DNA of 58,293 nt from an uncultured Veillonella sp. (GTDB taxonomy: Bacteria > Bacillota > Negativicutes > Veillonellales > Veillonellaceae). Of this stretch, positions 8,190-18,149 are shown piece by piece; position 1 is the first letter of the stretch; each line of letters opens with the position of its first letter. The notes under the pieces were generated by a model. That model was not told the origin of the DNA. It worked only from the letters and a program-made list of their open reading frames with translations, and searched no databases. The stretch covers positions 1 through 58,293 of the forward strand of contig USAV01000001.1 of assembly GCA_900552715.1 (NCBI GenBank), read 5' to 3'. The position numbers and the translations under genes were made by a program.

Positions 8190-9650
8190 ATGAATAAAAA
8201 GGTTTTATCCTTAGGTGTAATGCTCTCCTTAGCTACTACAGGTGCAATGGCTGCTGATGTAGTTACAACTTCCGTTAATAATGGAGACCAATTAAGCAAA
8301 TATCAAAAAGAAGCGATTCAATTAACACAAAAGCAATTAGCTGAAAAATCTGTTCAAGATAGCAAAACATATGAGAGCAAATTGGACCTCGATGAGTCTC
8401 GTACCATAGAGTTGGCGTTGGCGAATAACCGCACTGCAAAACAAACTAAATGGGGCTATGAAGCTGCTAAATCTGCAGTGAGCCAAGTAGCAGCAGGCAA
8501 GAACCCTAGTGTTAAATATGAGTGGTCTGCTCAAAAAACAGGTGGCGATACTGGACGCAGCAAGCGTGGTAGCCATGACTTCTCCATCAGTGCTCCTGTA
8601 TTTAATCCTCAACTTGATGCAAGCATTGATGCTGCACGTTATACCCGTGAAGGTACTGGCGCTAGCTATGAAGAAGCCTTGCAACAAGCGAAATATGATG
8701 CTATTAGTGGCTACTATACATTGATCATGAACCGTAATCTTGTTGATGTGGCTCAACAAGCTGTTAAAGATTACCAAGGTCATGTAACAAATGTGCAAGC
8801 TCAATATAATGTTGGCTTGGTAGCAAGTTCTGATGTATTGGCTGCTAAAACAAATCTTGCTGATTCTGAAACAAATCTTGTGAAAGCGCAAAATTCTGCT
8901 AATTTAGCAGAGGCTAGCTTGAATCAAGTCATTGCATATCCTGTACAAACAGCTATCAACACAGCAGAACATGACTTACAATATAAACCTTACAATGTGA
9001 CATTGGAACAAGCTAAAGCATATGCGTTGCTTCACCGTTCTGCCCTTGTAAAATCTGCGCTTGATGTAAAATCTGCAGAAGAGGCTGTAAAATCCGCTAA
9101 ATCTGGCTACTTACCAACGGTAGCGGTAAAAGCAGGTCGTGGTTATGCCGATCCAGATGGTTACTTCGGCACAAGTACAAAATCCTGGAGTGTAGGTGCT
9201 ATTGCATCTTGGAGTCTCTGGGATGGCGGTGCTACACAAAATGCTATTAAAAAAGCAAATGCACAACTTGAACAAGCAAAAGAGGCTAATTTAGCTACTG
9301 TTGATGCTGTATTATTAGCAGTGCAAAAAGCATACTTGAATTTACGTTCTGCAGAGCAAACAATCCAAAGCACTCAAACTGCAGTTGCTCAAGGTCAAGA
9401 AAGCTTCCGTATTGCTACACTTCGCTATCGCGCAGGGGTTGGTACAAACCTTGATGTACTCGATGCGGAAACTAAATTAACAGATGCTCGTAATAACTAT
9501 GTACAAGCTCTTTATAATTACAATATTAGCATTGCAGCTCTTGAACAATTGACAGGTGTTCCATTGAATACTCCAGTTGGACAAGGTGCAGAAATTATTG
9601 CAAACAGTGGTGCAGCTGAACAATTAGCACAACTTGGTGGCAATCAATAA
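8190..9650 (+). CDS. tolC: TolC-family outer membrane channel
   Basis: Two OEP repeats (QYNVGLVASSDVL; RYRAGVGTNLDVLDAE); signal peptide. RBS GGAGG favours ATG 8190. Confidence 0.9.
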   Translation: MNKKVLSLGVMLSLATTGAMAADVVTTSVNNGDQLSKYQKEAIQLTQKQLAEKSVQDSKTYESKLDLDESRTIELALANNRTAKQTKWGYEAAKSAVSQVAAGKNPSVKYEWSAQKTGGDTGRSKRGSHDFSISAPVFNPQLDASIDAARYTREGTGASYEEALQQAKYDAISGYYTLIMNRNLVDVAQQAVKDYQGHVTNVQAQYNVGLVASSDVLAAKTNLADSETNLVKAQNSANLAEASLNQVIAYPVQTAINTAEHDLQYKPYNVTLEQAKAYALLHRSALVKSALDVKSAEEAVKSAKSGYLPTVAVKAGRGYADPDGYFGTSTKSWSVGAIASWSLWDGGATQNAIKKANAQLEQAKEANLATVDAVLLAVQKAYLNLRSAEQTIQSTQTAVAQGQESFRIATLRYRAGVGTNLDVLDAETKLTDARNNYVQALYNYNISIAALEQLTGVPLNTPVGQGAEIIANSGAAEQLAQLGGNQ

Positions 9651-9660
9651 TAGAATACTA

Positions 9661-9688
9661 AAAAAGACGACTTCGGTCGTCTTTTTTT
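9661..9688 (+). terminator. Intrinsic terminator after tolC
   Basis: AAAAAGACGAC-TTCG-GTCGTCTTTTTTT. Confidence 0.9.
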
Positions 9689-9905
9689 GTTATAGATTTA
9701 TAAAGCGTAAATTCATTGTATATTTTCATTTTTATGTTATGGTAATGTTTAAAATAATTTTATCTGTAGTTATTGCAGAAAATGATTAGTAAAAAAATAT
9801 ATTAGTTTTATAAAATTTACCCTTAAAATACTATAGTTATTACTTTGTGTGTGGTAAGATTAGTATATATATTTATATTATTCATAATGTGTATGGGAGA
9901 TCATT

Positions 9906-12900
9906 ATGACCCGTAAAAAGTGGTGTCTCATAGGGGCTGCAATTTTAGGCTTATCTGCAGTTGGTGCTAGTATAAACCCTATAGCTCAGACCTATGTAGC
10001 ACCTATGGTTAAAGAACAAGTAAATAATGCCATAAACGGATCTGTGGACTATGATTCTCTTCGTATCAATTGGAATGGTGATGTAGTTTTATCAGATGTG
10101 GTGATTAAAGATCGGGATGGTCACTTAGTAGGGACGGCACAAGATGTAGCCGTTGGGGTTAAACTATCTGCATTACCAAGTATAATTGGGGGTAATACAT
10201 CAGGGGCAACAGCTATATCGACTGTTACTGTAGAGGCACCTGATCTTCATATATGGCAATTGAACGATGGATCTTGGAGTATAGAAAAATTAGTAAAACC
10301 ATCTGATCCGAATAAATCGGGTGGTTTTGATGGTGATATTACCATTAATAATGGCCATGTAGCGCTGCGCACTAAAGATGGCGTTAAACGCAATGTTGAA
10401 AACCTTGATGGCACCGTTGCTCTTAATATGAGTGGTATGTCCAAAGGGGCATTTACAGCTGATGTAGATGGTTCATCTGTCCTTGTAAATGGCAAAATAG
10501 ATATGGACGATGTATCTAATTTCGATGTCTTTGTACAAGCCGATGAAATTGATACTGCTGGTATTATGAGCTTTATTCCGTTGCGCAAAGATCTTGTTGT
10601 TACGAAGGGGAAATTACAAGATTTACATCTCAATGTTAAAAGTGAAGATGGACAATATATTATGAGTGGCAATGTAGGCTTTAAAGGTTTAACAGGCACT
10701 TATAAGCGGGGCAATACGATGTATACCATTACTGATGGTGAAGGTCGTATTATGCTCAATCATGACCAAATTGTTATTAGCCACAGCTCTTGGCGTATCA
10801 ATGATCAAGCAGCTAAGCTTAATGGTCTCGTTACCTTGGGGAAAGACGAAGAATATCTTAATCTTAATGTTGTAGCAGATAAGGTAAATCTAGAAGCCAT
10901 TACAGATGTGGGGGTTACTGGTATTGTCGGTGGTCGTGCTCATATTGGAGGCACTACTGTAGCGCCGCGGGTGGATGCAACCATAGGCAGTGATGGTATT
11001 TCTTATAAAGGGTACCATGTGGATCGCGTACAGGGAAATGTAGTATACGATAATGGATTAGTTCGTATCGATGATGCTCAATTGTCTATTGGCGCTGGTA
11101 ATGCTAAAGTTAAAGGTCAATACGTCGTAGATACAGGTGATTTTGACGCTATTGCTGATGTTCATGCCTTATCGTTAGATGCTTTTACACAAGATTTGAC
11201 GATGCCTATTACGGGAACTATTGATGGAGAAATCCACGTTTTGGGTAAGAATAATCAAGTTACAGATCTTGTAGGCGCTGTTCAGGGCCATCAGATTGGG
11301 GTCCGTGGTATAGTGTTAGATTCTGTAAAAGCGGATCTAACCCATAGTGACAATCTTACCAATATAACTATGGTTGGAAATATGGGAACTGGATCCTTTA
11401 GTGGATATGGTTCTATTCAAAATGGTCAAGTGGATGCCACAATTTCTGGTAATGCGTTACCGTTAACATCACTTAGTTCAATCATAGGTGACGATGTTGC
11501 TGGTACTGTTAGCACATCTATTAATGTAAAAGGCGCCTTAGATAATCCTAATGTGACTGGTACTGTATGGGGGCAAGAGGTTCTCTATAAGGGTGCTCAT
11601 TTTAATGATATTCATAGTGATATTACTTTAGACAATCATGTTCTAACAATTACAAATGGTCATATTGGTGACGGTAGTGGTGGCTATGATATTACCGGTT
11701 GGTATAATATCAATACTGACGCCCTAGATTTAAATGCTAAAGCTCGTGCTGTACGTATTGAAAATCTAATTCGTCCTGTAACCGATATTCCTATTACAGG
11801 ATGGTTTGAAACTGATAACCATATAACTGGGACTGTAGCCAATCCTATTGTAGAAGGCCGAGCTCATTTATGGGATGGGTCTGCATATGGCAAACTTATA
11901 ACTAACGCTTTTGCAAAGTATAACTATAAAAATGAAAGATTAGAATTTTATCGCTTTGATATTGAAGGTTATGGTGCGACTATTACCGGTGGCGGTACTG
12001 TATCAAAAGAGGCTATTAATATTGATTTTGAAGGTAAGAAAATCGATATGGGGAGATTGCTCATCAATACCGACTATAAGGTGGATGGTTTACTAGCAGG
12101 CCGTGGTACTATAACAGGTTCTATGGATAACCCTCAGTTTAATGGTTACATTTTATCTGATGCTTTATCTATAAATGGGCAATTATTGACTGATATTCAT
12201 GGCCACGTGTATGCAGATAAATCCGTCGTAAATGTACAAGATTTTTCGTTTGCTGAATCAAATGGTGGTCGTTATGTTGCCAAAGGTGGCATGAAGCTCG
12301 ATGATAGTAAACAGTTATTTGGTGTTTTAGATGTTACCAATGGTAGTGTAAAGAACTTATTGGCTTTATTAGATCGAGCTGATGAGCACCTCGATGGTCA
12401 ATTAAATGGCTCTGTTGAAATTGGAGGTACGAAGGACAATCCAAGTGTTATTGTAAATGGTAAAATTAACGATGTTAGCATTGATGATAAGGTAGTAGGG
12501 GATGCAACAATTGATGCTAGCCTAGCTAATCGTAAGTTTAAAATTACCACTTTAAAACTACCTGTTGGTGAGGGCCTCATTGCTATGGGTGGTACTTTGG
12601 ATCTCGATGGGCAAGCTGATTTACAAGTAGCCTTAAAGGATGTCGACATAGTGCCATTCTTACCACTTGTAGGTAAGGATATTCAAGCAACAGGCTGGGT
12701 AACAGGTGTTGTGAATGTTACTGGAGAAACTAAAAATCCTAAGGTGGAATTATCTGGTGCAGTAGAGTCCGGTTCGTTCAATGGAATTGGTATTGATGAA
12801 GGCTTTGCGTTGGCTACAATGCAAGATCATGTCATTCAAATCCAACGTATTCAAGGCGCTAAAGGAGGCTATAAGCTCAGTATTTATGGTAAAATTCCAT

Positions 12901-14192
12901 TGGCGGCTCTTTATACATCTGGTTATTTAGAAGCTAGTGATGCTAAATCTATGGATGTAACAATTGACTTTAACGAAGCAGATATGGCTGTTATTCCTCT
13001 TGTTACTACTAGTGTTAAAGATGCAACGGGGCCGTTAAAGGGTGCAATTAGGCTTACAGGGACTATAGACCAACCTGAGGCATACGGCACAGTATCTGTA
13101 CGTAATGGTACTATGAAATTGGCCAATGTAGATAATGAAATTACTGGTATTGACGGAGATTTAATCTTCTCTGGACAACAAGGGGATTTCCAATCTCGTA
13201 TCAATATGGGGAAAGGTAGTGCTGGTTTAGCTGCTAAGGTAAATTGGTCTGGTCATGAGCTTACCAACTATAAGGCTGCCGTTCAACTTGATGGACTCGA
13301 TGTTCGTAGCGAATATGTGAGAGGCCCATTAAATGGTGAACTTTACATTGCGGAACGTGATGGATTACCTACCTTGATAGGTAATTTGGACCTAGAAAAC
13401 ATCCAATTTAAGATTCCTCTTTCCTTGCAGTCTAGTGAAAGTAGCACCAACATGGGTGTAGATGTTAATATTCATGCTGGCAAGGGCGTACGCTTATATG
13501 ATCGAACTCTATATAACATGTTTATCGGTGGTGATGTTCATTTCGGTGGCACATTACAAAACCCAACTGCTAGTGGCCAGTTCGATGTTAAATCTGGTAC
13601 GTTCAAATACTTAAGTCATGTATTTAATATTACGAAGGGGAATGCACACTTTGTAGGTGGTTCCTATTTACCAAACTTACAATTAGAGGCTGAAACGAAT
13701 GTAAGCAACTACAATATTATGCTTGGTGTAAAAGGGACTGTAGACCATATGGATCTTACTTTGTCGTCTAATCCTAGTTTGTCTAGAAAGCAAATTATTT
13801 CCATGTTAACCTTTGGTCGTGGTGCAGATTCAAATAGTAGTACATTGACAAATGATGATGTGAATGCTGTTGCTACAGCAGGTTTACAAATGTTTGCCTT
13901 TGGCTATGTGCAAGATGCATTGCAAAATACATTAGGTTTAGATCGGATTAATATTACGACAGGTTCCATTGATCCTGATGAACCAACTAATAGGGCAACA
14001 GCAGGTAATTACAACATTGAAATTGGCAAGTATATTGTGCCAAAGGTAATGCTTACTTATTCTCAAGGTATCAATAATAAACAAAATAAATATGGTGTTG
14101 AGTATTCTGTAAAACGAAACCTCAAGTTCACTGCATGGCGTACATCGCAAGGAAACAATTATTTAGGTGGTCGTTGGACAAGAAGCTTCTAA
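9906..14192 (+). CDS. tamB: TamB / AsmA-like translocation and assembly module protein
   Basis: N-terminal TM anchor, ~1400 aa of repetitive beta-taco sequence, and a DUF490-like C-terminus (LSSNPSLSRKQIISMLTFG, IEIGKYI). Confidence 0.9.
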   Translation: MTRKKWCLIGAAILGLSAVGASINPIAQTYVAPMVKEQVNNAINGSVDYDSLRINWNGDVVLSDVVIKDRDGHLVGTAQDVAVGVKLSALPSIIGGNTSGATAISTVTVEAPDLHIWQLNDGSWSIEKLVKPSDPNKSGGFDGDITINNGHVALRTKDGVKRNVENLDGTVALNMSGMSKGAFTADVDGSSVLVNGKIDMDDVSNFDVFVQADEIDTAGIMSFIPLRKDLVVTKGKLQDLHLNVKSEDGQYIMSGNVGFKGLTGTYKRGNTMYTITDGEGRIMLNHDQIVISHSSWRINDQAAKLNGLVTLGKDEEYLNLNVVADKVNLEAITDVGVTGIVGGRAHIGGTTVAPRVDATIGSDGISYKGYHVDRVQGNVVYDNGLVRIDDAQLSIGAGNAKVKGQYVVDTGDFDAIADVHALSLDAFTQDLTMPITGTIDGEIHVLGKNNQVTDLVGAVQGHQIGVRGIVLDSVKADLTHSDNLTNITMVGNMGTGSFSGYGSIQNGQVDATISGNALPLTSLSSIIGDDVAGTVSTSINVKGALDNPNVTGTVWGQEVLYKGAHFNDIHSDITLDNHVLTITNGHIGDGSGGYDITGWYNINTDALDLNAKARAVRIENLIRPVTDIPITGWFETDNHITGTVANPIVEGRAHLWDGSAYGKLITNAFAKYNYKNERLEFYRFDIEGYGATITGGGTVSKEAINIDFEGKKIDMGRLLINTDYKVDGLLAGRGTITGSMDNPQFNGYILSDALSINGQLLTDIHGHVYADKSVVNVQDFSFAESNGGRYVAKGGMKLDDSKQLFGVLDVTNGSVKNLLALLDRADEHLDGQLNGSVEIGGTKDNPSVIVNGKINDVSIDDKVVGDATIDASLANRKFKITTLKLPVGEGLIAMGGTLDLDGQADLQVALKDVDIVPFLPLVGKDIQATGWVTGVVNVTGETKNPKVELSGAVESGSFNGIGIDEGFALATMQDHVIQIQRIQGAKGGYKLSIYGKIPLAALYTSGYLEASDAKSMDVTIDFNEADMAVIPLVTTSVKDATGPLKGAIRLTGTIDQPEAYGTVSVRNGTMKLANVDNEITGIDGDLIFSGQQGDFQSRINMGKGSAGLAAKVNWSGHELTNYKAAVQLDGLDVRSEYVRGPLNGELYIAERDGLPTLIGNLDLENIQFKIPLSLQSSESSTNMGVDVNIHAGKGVRLYDRTLYNMFIGGDVHFGGTLQNPTASGQFDVKSGTFKYLSHVFNITKGNAHFVGGSYLPNLQLEAETNVSNYNIMLGVKGTVDHMDLTLSSNPSLSRKQIISMLTFGRGADSNSSTLTNDDVNAVATAGLQMFAFGYVQDALQNTLGLDRINITTGSIDPDEPTNRATAGNYNIEIGKYIVPKVMLTYSQGINNKQNKYGVEYSVKRNLKFTAWRTSQGNNYLGGRWTRSF

Positions 14193-14198
14193 GTTTAT

Positions 14199-14239
14199 GG
14201 CTAGAGTGTGCAAATCCCATGGGTATGCACATTCTAGTC
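14199..14239 (+). other. Stable hairpin between tamB and bamA (no U-tract)
   Basis: GGCTAGAGTGTGCA...TGCACATTCTAGTC inverted repeat. Confidence 0.6.
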
Positions 14240-14290
14240 ATATTAATTTCATAAAATTTGATTAATATAGTACTCATTCCCAGTATTTTA

Positions 14291-14299
14291 TGCTATAAT
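14291..14299 (+). promoter_or_regulatory. Extended -10 promoter for bamA
   Basis: TGcTATAAT about 70 bp upstream of ATG 14370; RBS AGGAGG. Confidence 0.55.
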
Positions 14300-14369
14300 A
14301 ATAAAGATTTATTAGTCTTTATAAAACAAGATGTAAACTTTTTATGGGGATGAGTTCTAGGAGGAATTT

Positions 14370-16541
14370 ATGTTTAAACCAAAAGCCTATAAAAGTATGC
14401 TTGCAGCATCCGTGTTGACTGCTGTCATGGGGACAGGCAGTGTATTTGCTGCAGAGGTACAAGCTGGCTATACTCCAGATTTAAATAACACAACAACAAC
14501 TAGTGCAGCAACTACTAATGATGCTACTACTACTCAAGCTGTTTACAATGCTGATGCAGCTACACCTGCAACAACACAAGATGAAACTGATGCAGCTATC
14601 TTAGCAGCTCGTGGTGATACAACTGTATCTAGCGATGGTACTGTAGTTAGAGGTTCTGACGGAACTGTTACAGTTAATAATGCTGCTTTGAAAACAGATG
14701 ACAAACAAGTAAAAATGGTGTCTAAAACTACTGGTGGTACTGACCTCGATAAGGCTGCTGAAAATGGCCAAACTCAAGCTGTTACAACTGTAGAAGCTCA
14801 ATATGTTACATCTGCTAATGCTGAGTCTATTAATCCATATGTAGGTAAATTGATTACTGGTTTATCTATTTCTGGTGTAACAGCTGAACAACAAGCACAA
14901 TTATTGCCTATCTTGACAGAAAAAATCGGCGATGCTGTATCTGTTGATGGTGTATTTAAAGACGTAACTAACCTTGGTAATACTGGTTACTTCTCTGAAG
15001 TAAACCCTGTATTTACAACAGTACCTGAAGGCGTTAAATTGGACTTTGCTGTTACAGTAAATCCAATTACTACTGGTGTAGCTTTCGAAGGTAATACAGT
15101 TTATACTTCTGAAGTATTGACTAAATTCATGGACCTTCAACCAGGTCAAGTTCTTAACTCTGTATACGTAGGCCAAAAGGTTCAAGGTATCAACGCAGCA
15201 TACGCTCGCGACGGCTATATGTTGGCACATGTTGATGGTATTCGCGTAGATGACCAAGGCGTGCTTCATGTTCATATCGTAGAAGGTATTGTTGAAGATA
15301 TCATTCCTGCTGGTAACAAGAAAACTCGCGATAAAGTTATTACTCGCGAATTCGTTCAAAAGAAAGGTAAACCTTTCAATAAATTCTTGGTACGCCGTTC
15401 TGTAGAACGCGTATACAACCTAGGCTTCTTTGATGATGTAAATGTTCGCATGTTGCCTGGCGATCAAGATCCTAACAATGTAATCATTGAAATCGATGTT
15501 TTGGAACATAAAACAGGTACTATTACATTAGGTGCTGGTTACTCCAAGTCTGATGGTTTGATGGGTATCATTGAATTTGGTGAAGATAACTTCCGCGGTA
15601 CTGGTGATAAATTCAAAGTTCACTGGGAAATCGGTGGTAAGAAAAAATATAAAAACTACCAAATCTCTTACTTGAAACCTTGGATTGATAGCAAAGGTAC
15701 ATCCTTGGGCTTCTCCTTCTTCAACCGTGAAGATGAATACACTGATTACAACGAAGATGGTAATGAAGTAGCTGAATATAACAAGAAATCTCGTGGTTTC
15801 AATATTTCCTTCGGTCGTCAAACAGGGGAATATACTCGTGATTACTTAACTCTTGAATCCCGTAAAGATTCTTATAAATGGGATGATGATGACAGCTCCG
15901 GCTTCCGTTATGATAAAAATGCGGGCAAAGGTAAAAATTGGAATAATGGTTCCTACAACTTTGCAAATGATAAATATGTAGATAAAAACTTTGGCCGTAT
16001 CAATTCCATTACATGGCAAAAGGTATACGATTCCCGTGATAATATTTATGAACCTACACGTGGTCGTCGTATTTCTTATACAGCACAATGGGCTGGTCAT
16101 GGCTTAGGCGGTGACTTCGACTTCTACAAATTCACAGCTGAAGCACGTATGTATAAAAAACTAGGTGCTAAGAATGTATTGGCATTCCGCGCGCGTGGTG
16201 GTTTTATCCAAGGTGATGCTCCTTATAGCCAATTGTTCACATTGGGGGGTGCAGACTCCTTACGTGGTTACGAAGATGATCAATTCCGTGGCAAGTATAT
16301 GTACAATGCTACATTGGAATTCCGCTTCCCAATCGTTAAAAAGGTTAGTGGTGTATTGTTCACTGATATCGGTGATGCATGGGATGCACCAAATGTATCT
16401 TGGTACAACAGCAAGAAAACATTTAACTATGGCGTTGGTGCTGGTGTTCGTATTACTACACCAATTGGCCCAGTTAAACTTGATTATGGCGTGGGTAAAC
16501 ATAAAAATAAATTCCACTTCAGTTTCGGCACACAATTCTAA
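14370..16541 (+). CDS. bamA: BamA/Omp85 outer membrane insertase
   Basis: POTRA motifs (GNKKTRDKVITRE, LGFFDDV), LRGY lid motif, TPIGPVKLDYG, C-terminal FSFGTQF. Confidence 0.95.
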   Translation: MFKPKAYKSMLAASVLTAVMGTGSVFAAEVQAGYTPDLNNTTTTSAATTNDATTTQAVYNADAATPATTQDETDAAILAARGDTTVSSDGTVVRGSDGTVTVNNAALKTDDKQVKMVSKTTGGTDLDKAAENGQTQAVTTVEAQYVTSANAESINPYVGKLITGLSISGVTAEQQAQLLPILTEKIGDAVSVDGVFKDVTNLGNTGYFSEVNPVFTTVPEGVKLDFAVTVNPITTGVAFEGNTVYTSEVLTKFMDLQPGQVLNSVYVGQKVQGINAAYARDGYMLAHVDGIRVDDQGVLHVHIVEGIVEDIIPAGNKKTRDKVITREFVQKKGKPFNKFLVRRSVERVYNLGFFDDVNVRMLPGDQDPNNVIIEIDVLEHKTGTITLGAGYSKSDGLMGIIEFGEDNFRGTGDKFKVHWEIGGKKKYKNYQISYLKPWIDSKGTSLGFSFFNREDEYTDYNEDGNEVAEYNKKSRGFNISFGRQTGEYTRDYLTLESRKDSYKWDDDDSSGFRYDKNAGKGKNWNNGSYNFANDKYVDKNFGRINSITWQKVYDSRDNIYEPTRGRRISYTAQWAGHGLGGDFDFYKFTAEARMYKKLGAKNVLAFRARGGFIQGDAPYSQLFTLGGADSLRGYEDDQFRGKYMYNATLEFRFPIVKKVSGVLFTDIGDAWDAPNVSWYNSKKTFNYGVGAGVRITTPIGPVKLDYGVGKHKNKFHFSFGTQF

Positions 16542-16557
16542 TATAGTAAATGTATAT

Positions 16558-16590
16558 GGTGGAGGCCTCTTTTCTAAAGAGGCTTTCACC
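16558..16590 (+). other. Hairpin between bamA and the first skp gene
   Basis: GGTGGAGGCCTCTT...AAGAGGCTTTCACC. Confidence 0.5.
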
Positions 16591-16648
16591 AATATCTCTA
16601 TATGGCATCCTTTGATGCAGTAATTTAAAGAAATGAGGGCACTCTATT

Positions 16649-17137
16649 ATGATGCGAATGATGAACAACAAGGCGAATGTGAAAATCTTTTCCATCGTCA
16701 TTGCTGCTATTTTTATTATTGGTATTGGCGCATTAGCGTATACACAAATGGCTACACCAAGCGGTAATAGTGGTAATAGTACAATTGGTGTTATCGATAC
16801 ATCTCGTATGATGTCTCAAGATAATCCAATTTATATCTCTGCAGCTCAGGAATACATGAGCTATCAAAGCCAATTACAACAAGAAACACAAGCTAAAATT
16901 GATGCAGCACAAGATGATGCGACTAAACAAAAGCTCGCTGAAGAAGCACGTCAAAACTTAGCAAAAAAAGATCAAGAAATTGCTAAATCTGTTCAAGATA
17001 AAGCTATGGAAGCTGCAAAAGCAGTGGGCGACGCTAAAGGTCTTAGCGTTGTTATGACTAAAGACACAGTACTATACGGTGGCGTTGATATTACAGATCA
17101 AGTATTAAAAAAACTAGCTACTGATGCAAAAAAATAA
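16649..17137 (+). CDS. Skp/OmpH family chaperone 1
   Basis: IGVID...VLYGGVDITDQVLKKL; N-terminal hydrophobic segment. Confidence 0.85.
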   Translation: MMRMMNNKANVKIFSIVIAAIFIIGIGALAYTQMATPSGNSGNSTIGVIDTSRMMSQDNPIYISAAQEYMSYQSQLQQETQAKIDAAQDDATKQKLAEEARQNLAKKDQEIAKSVQDKAMEAAKAVGDAKGLSVVMTKDTVLYGGVDITDQVLKKLATDAKK

Positions 17138-17166
17138 ACTGTAGTTCTATGTAAGGGAGAACGACA

Positions 17167-18138
17167 ATGAACGGGAAAAAACGATATATCGGATTTGCCA
17201 TATTTCTCGTTGTTGCATTATGTGCTATGGTTTGGGCCTATGGATTTGTGACAAATCGTCAGCAGAGTCCTGATGGGGTATCAATAGGTGTTGTACGTAT
17301 TGATGATGTATTAGAATTTAATCCTTCTTATGAGGATTATAAACAAGCTAAAAATGAATTGGATCTTTTGCAACGTCAATATGAATTAGAACAACAAGCT
17401 TTAAATGCCAAGTCAGAGACACAAGAGGAACAGTTGAAATCTCTTGCATTAGATTCAACCTTGTCAGATGCTCTTACGGTGGAATTGCAAACTCGTATTG
17501 CAACAAAAGAAAATGAATTGAATCAGCAATTGAATGCAAAACGAAACGAACTTACTCAAAAATATTTGTCGGAATTAAAGGTTAGTTCCAATGAATATGA
17601 TCTTGAAATCGTTAATCTCCAATTAGATTTATATGCTTATGATGCTCGTGTGTATATTGATGATGCACAAAAGCAAGCAGCTATGGCAGAGAAGGCTAAG
17701 AAAGAGGAGCGATTAAAGGAATTATTAGCTAAGAGAAAACCATCGAATCTTGATGTAGACTCTATTAAGGCTAAAGTACAGGCAGAACTTGCGCCTATGC
17801 AACAAAAAGGTCAAGAAGAACTTAACCAATATGCTGCATCCTTACAAAAGGAATTGGCGGCTAAACGAGATACTATGGTTCAACAACAAGCACAATCGAT
17901 CATTGCTAATAATAACTTACCTGTAGCACAGGATTGGAATGATTCTTGGGCTAAAAAGCTTTCAGATAAAGAAGCTGAAGTGAGTGCACTTCATGAAGCC
18001 ATTTTAGAAGATGTTCGTATGCGCGTAGCAATTATTGCAGAGGAACAACATTTGGATTTAGTCATCATCGATGATGGTGGTAATATTAAGGGGCTTGATA
18101 TTACTGATGCAGTGAAGGCGTCCTATCGAGTTCAATAA
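17167..18138 (+). CDS. Elongated Skp/OmpH-like protein 2
   Basis: IGVVRIDDV at the N-terminus and LDLVII...GLDITDAV at the C-terminus, with ~240 aa of coiled coil between. Confidence 0.7.
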   Translation: MNGKKRYIGFAIFLVVALCAMVWAYGFVTNRQQSPDGVSIGVVRIDDVLEFNPSYEDYKQAKNELDLLQRQYELEQQALNAKSETQEEQLKSLALDSTLSDALTVELQTRIATKENELNQQLNAKRNELTQKYLSELKVSSNEYDLEIVNLQLDLYAYDARVYIDDAQKQAAMAEKAKKEERLKELLAKRKPSNLDVDSIKAKVQAELAPMQQKGQEELNQYAASLQKELAAKRDTMVQQQAQSIIANNNLPVAQDWNDSWAKKLSDKEAEVSALHEAILEDVRMRVAIIAEEQHLDLVIIDDGGNIKGLDITDAVKASYRVQ

Positions 18139-18149
18139 GGAGTTATATT

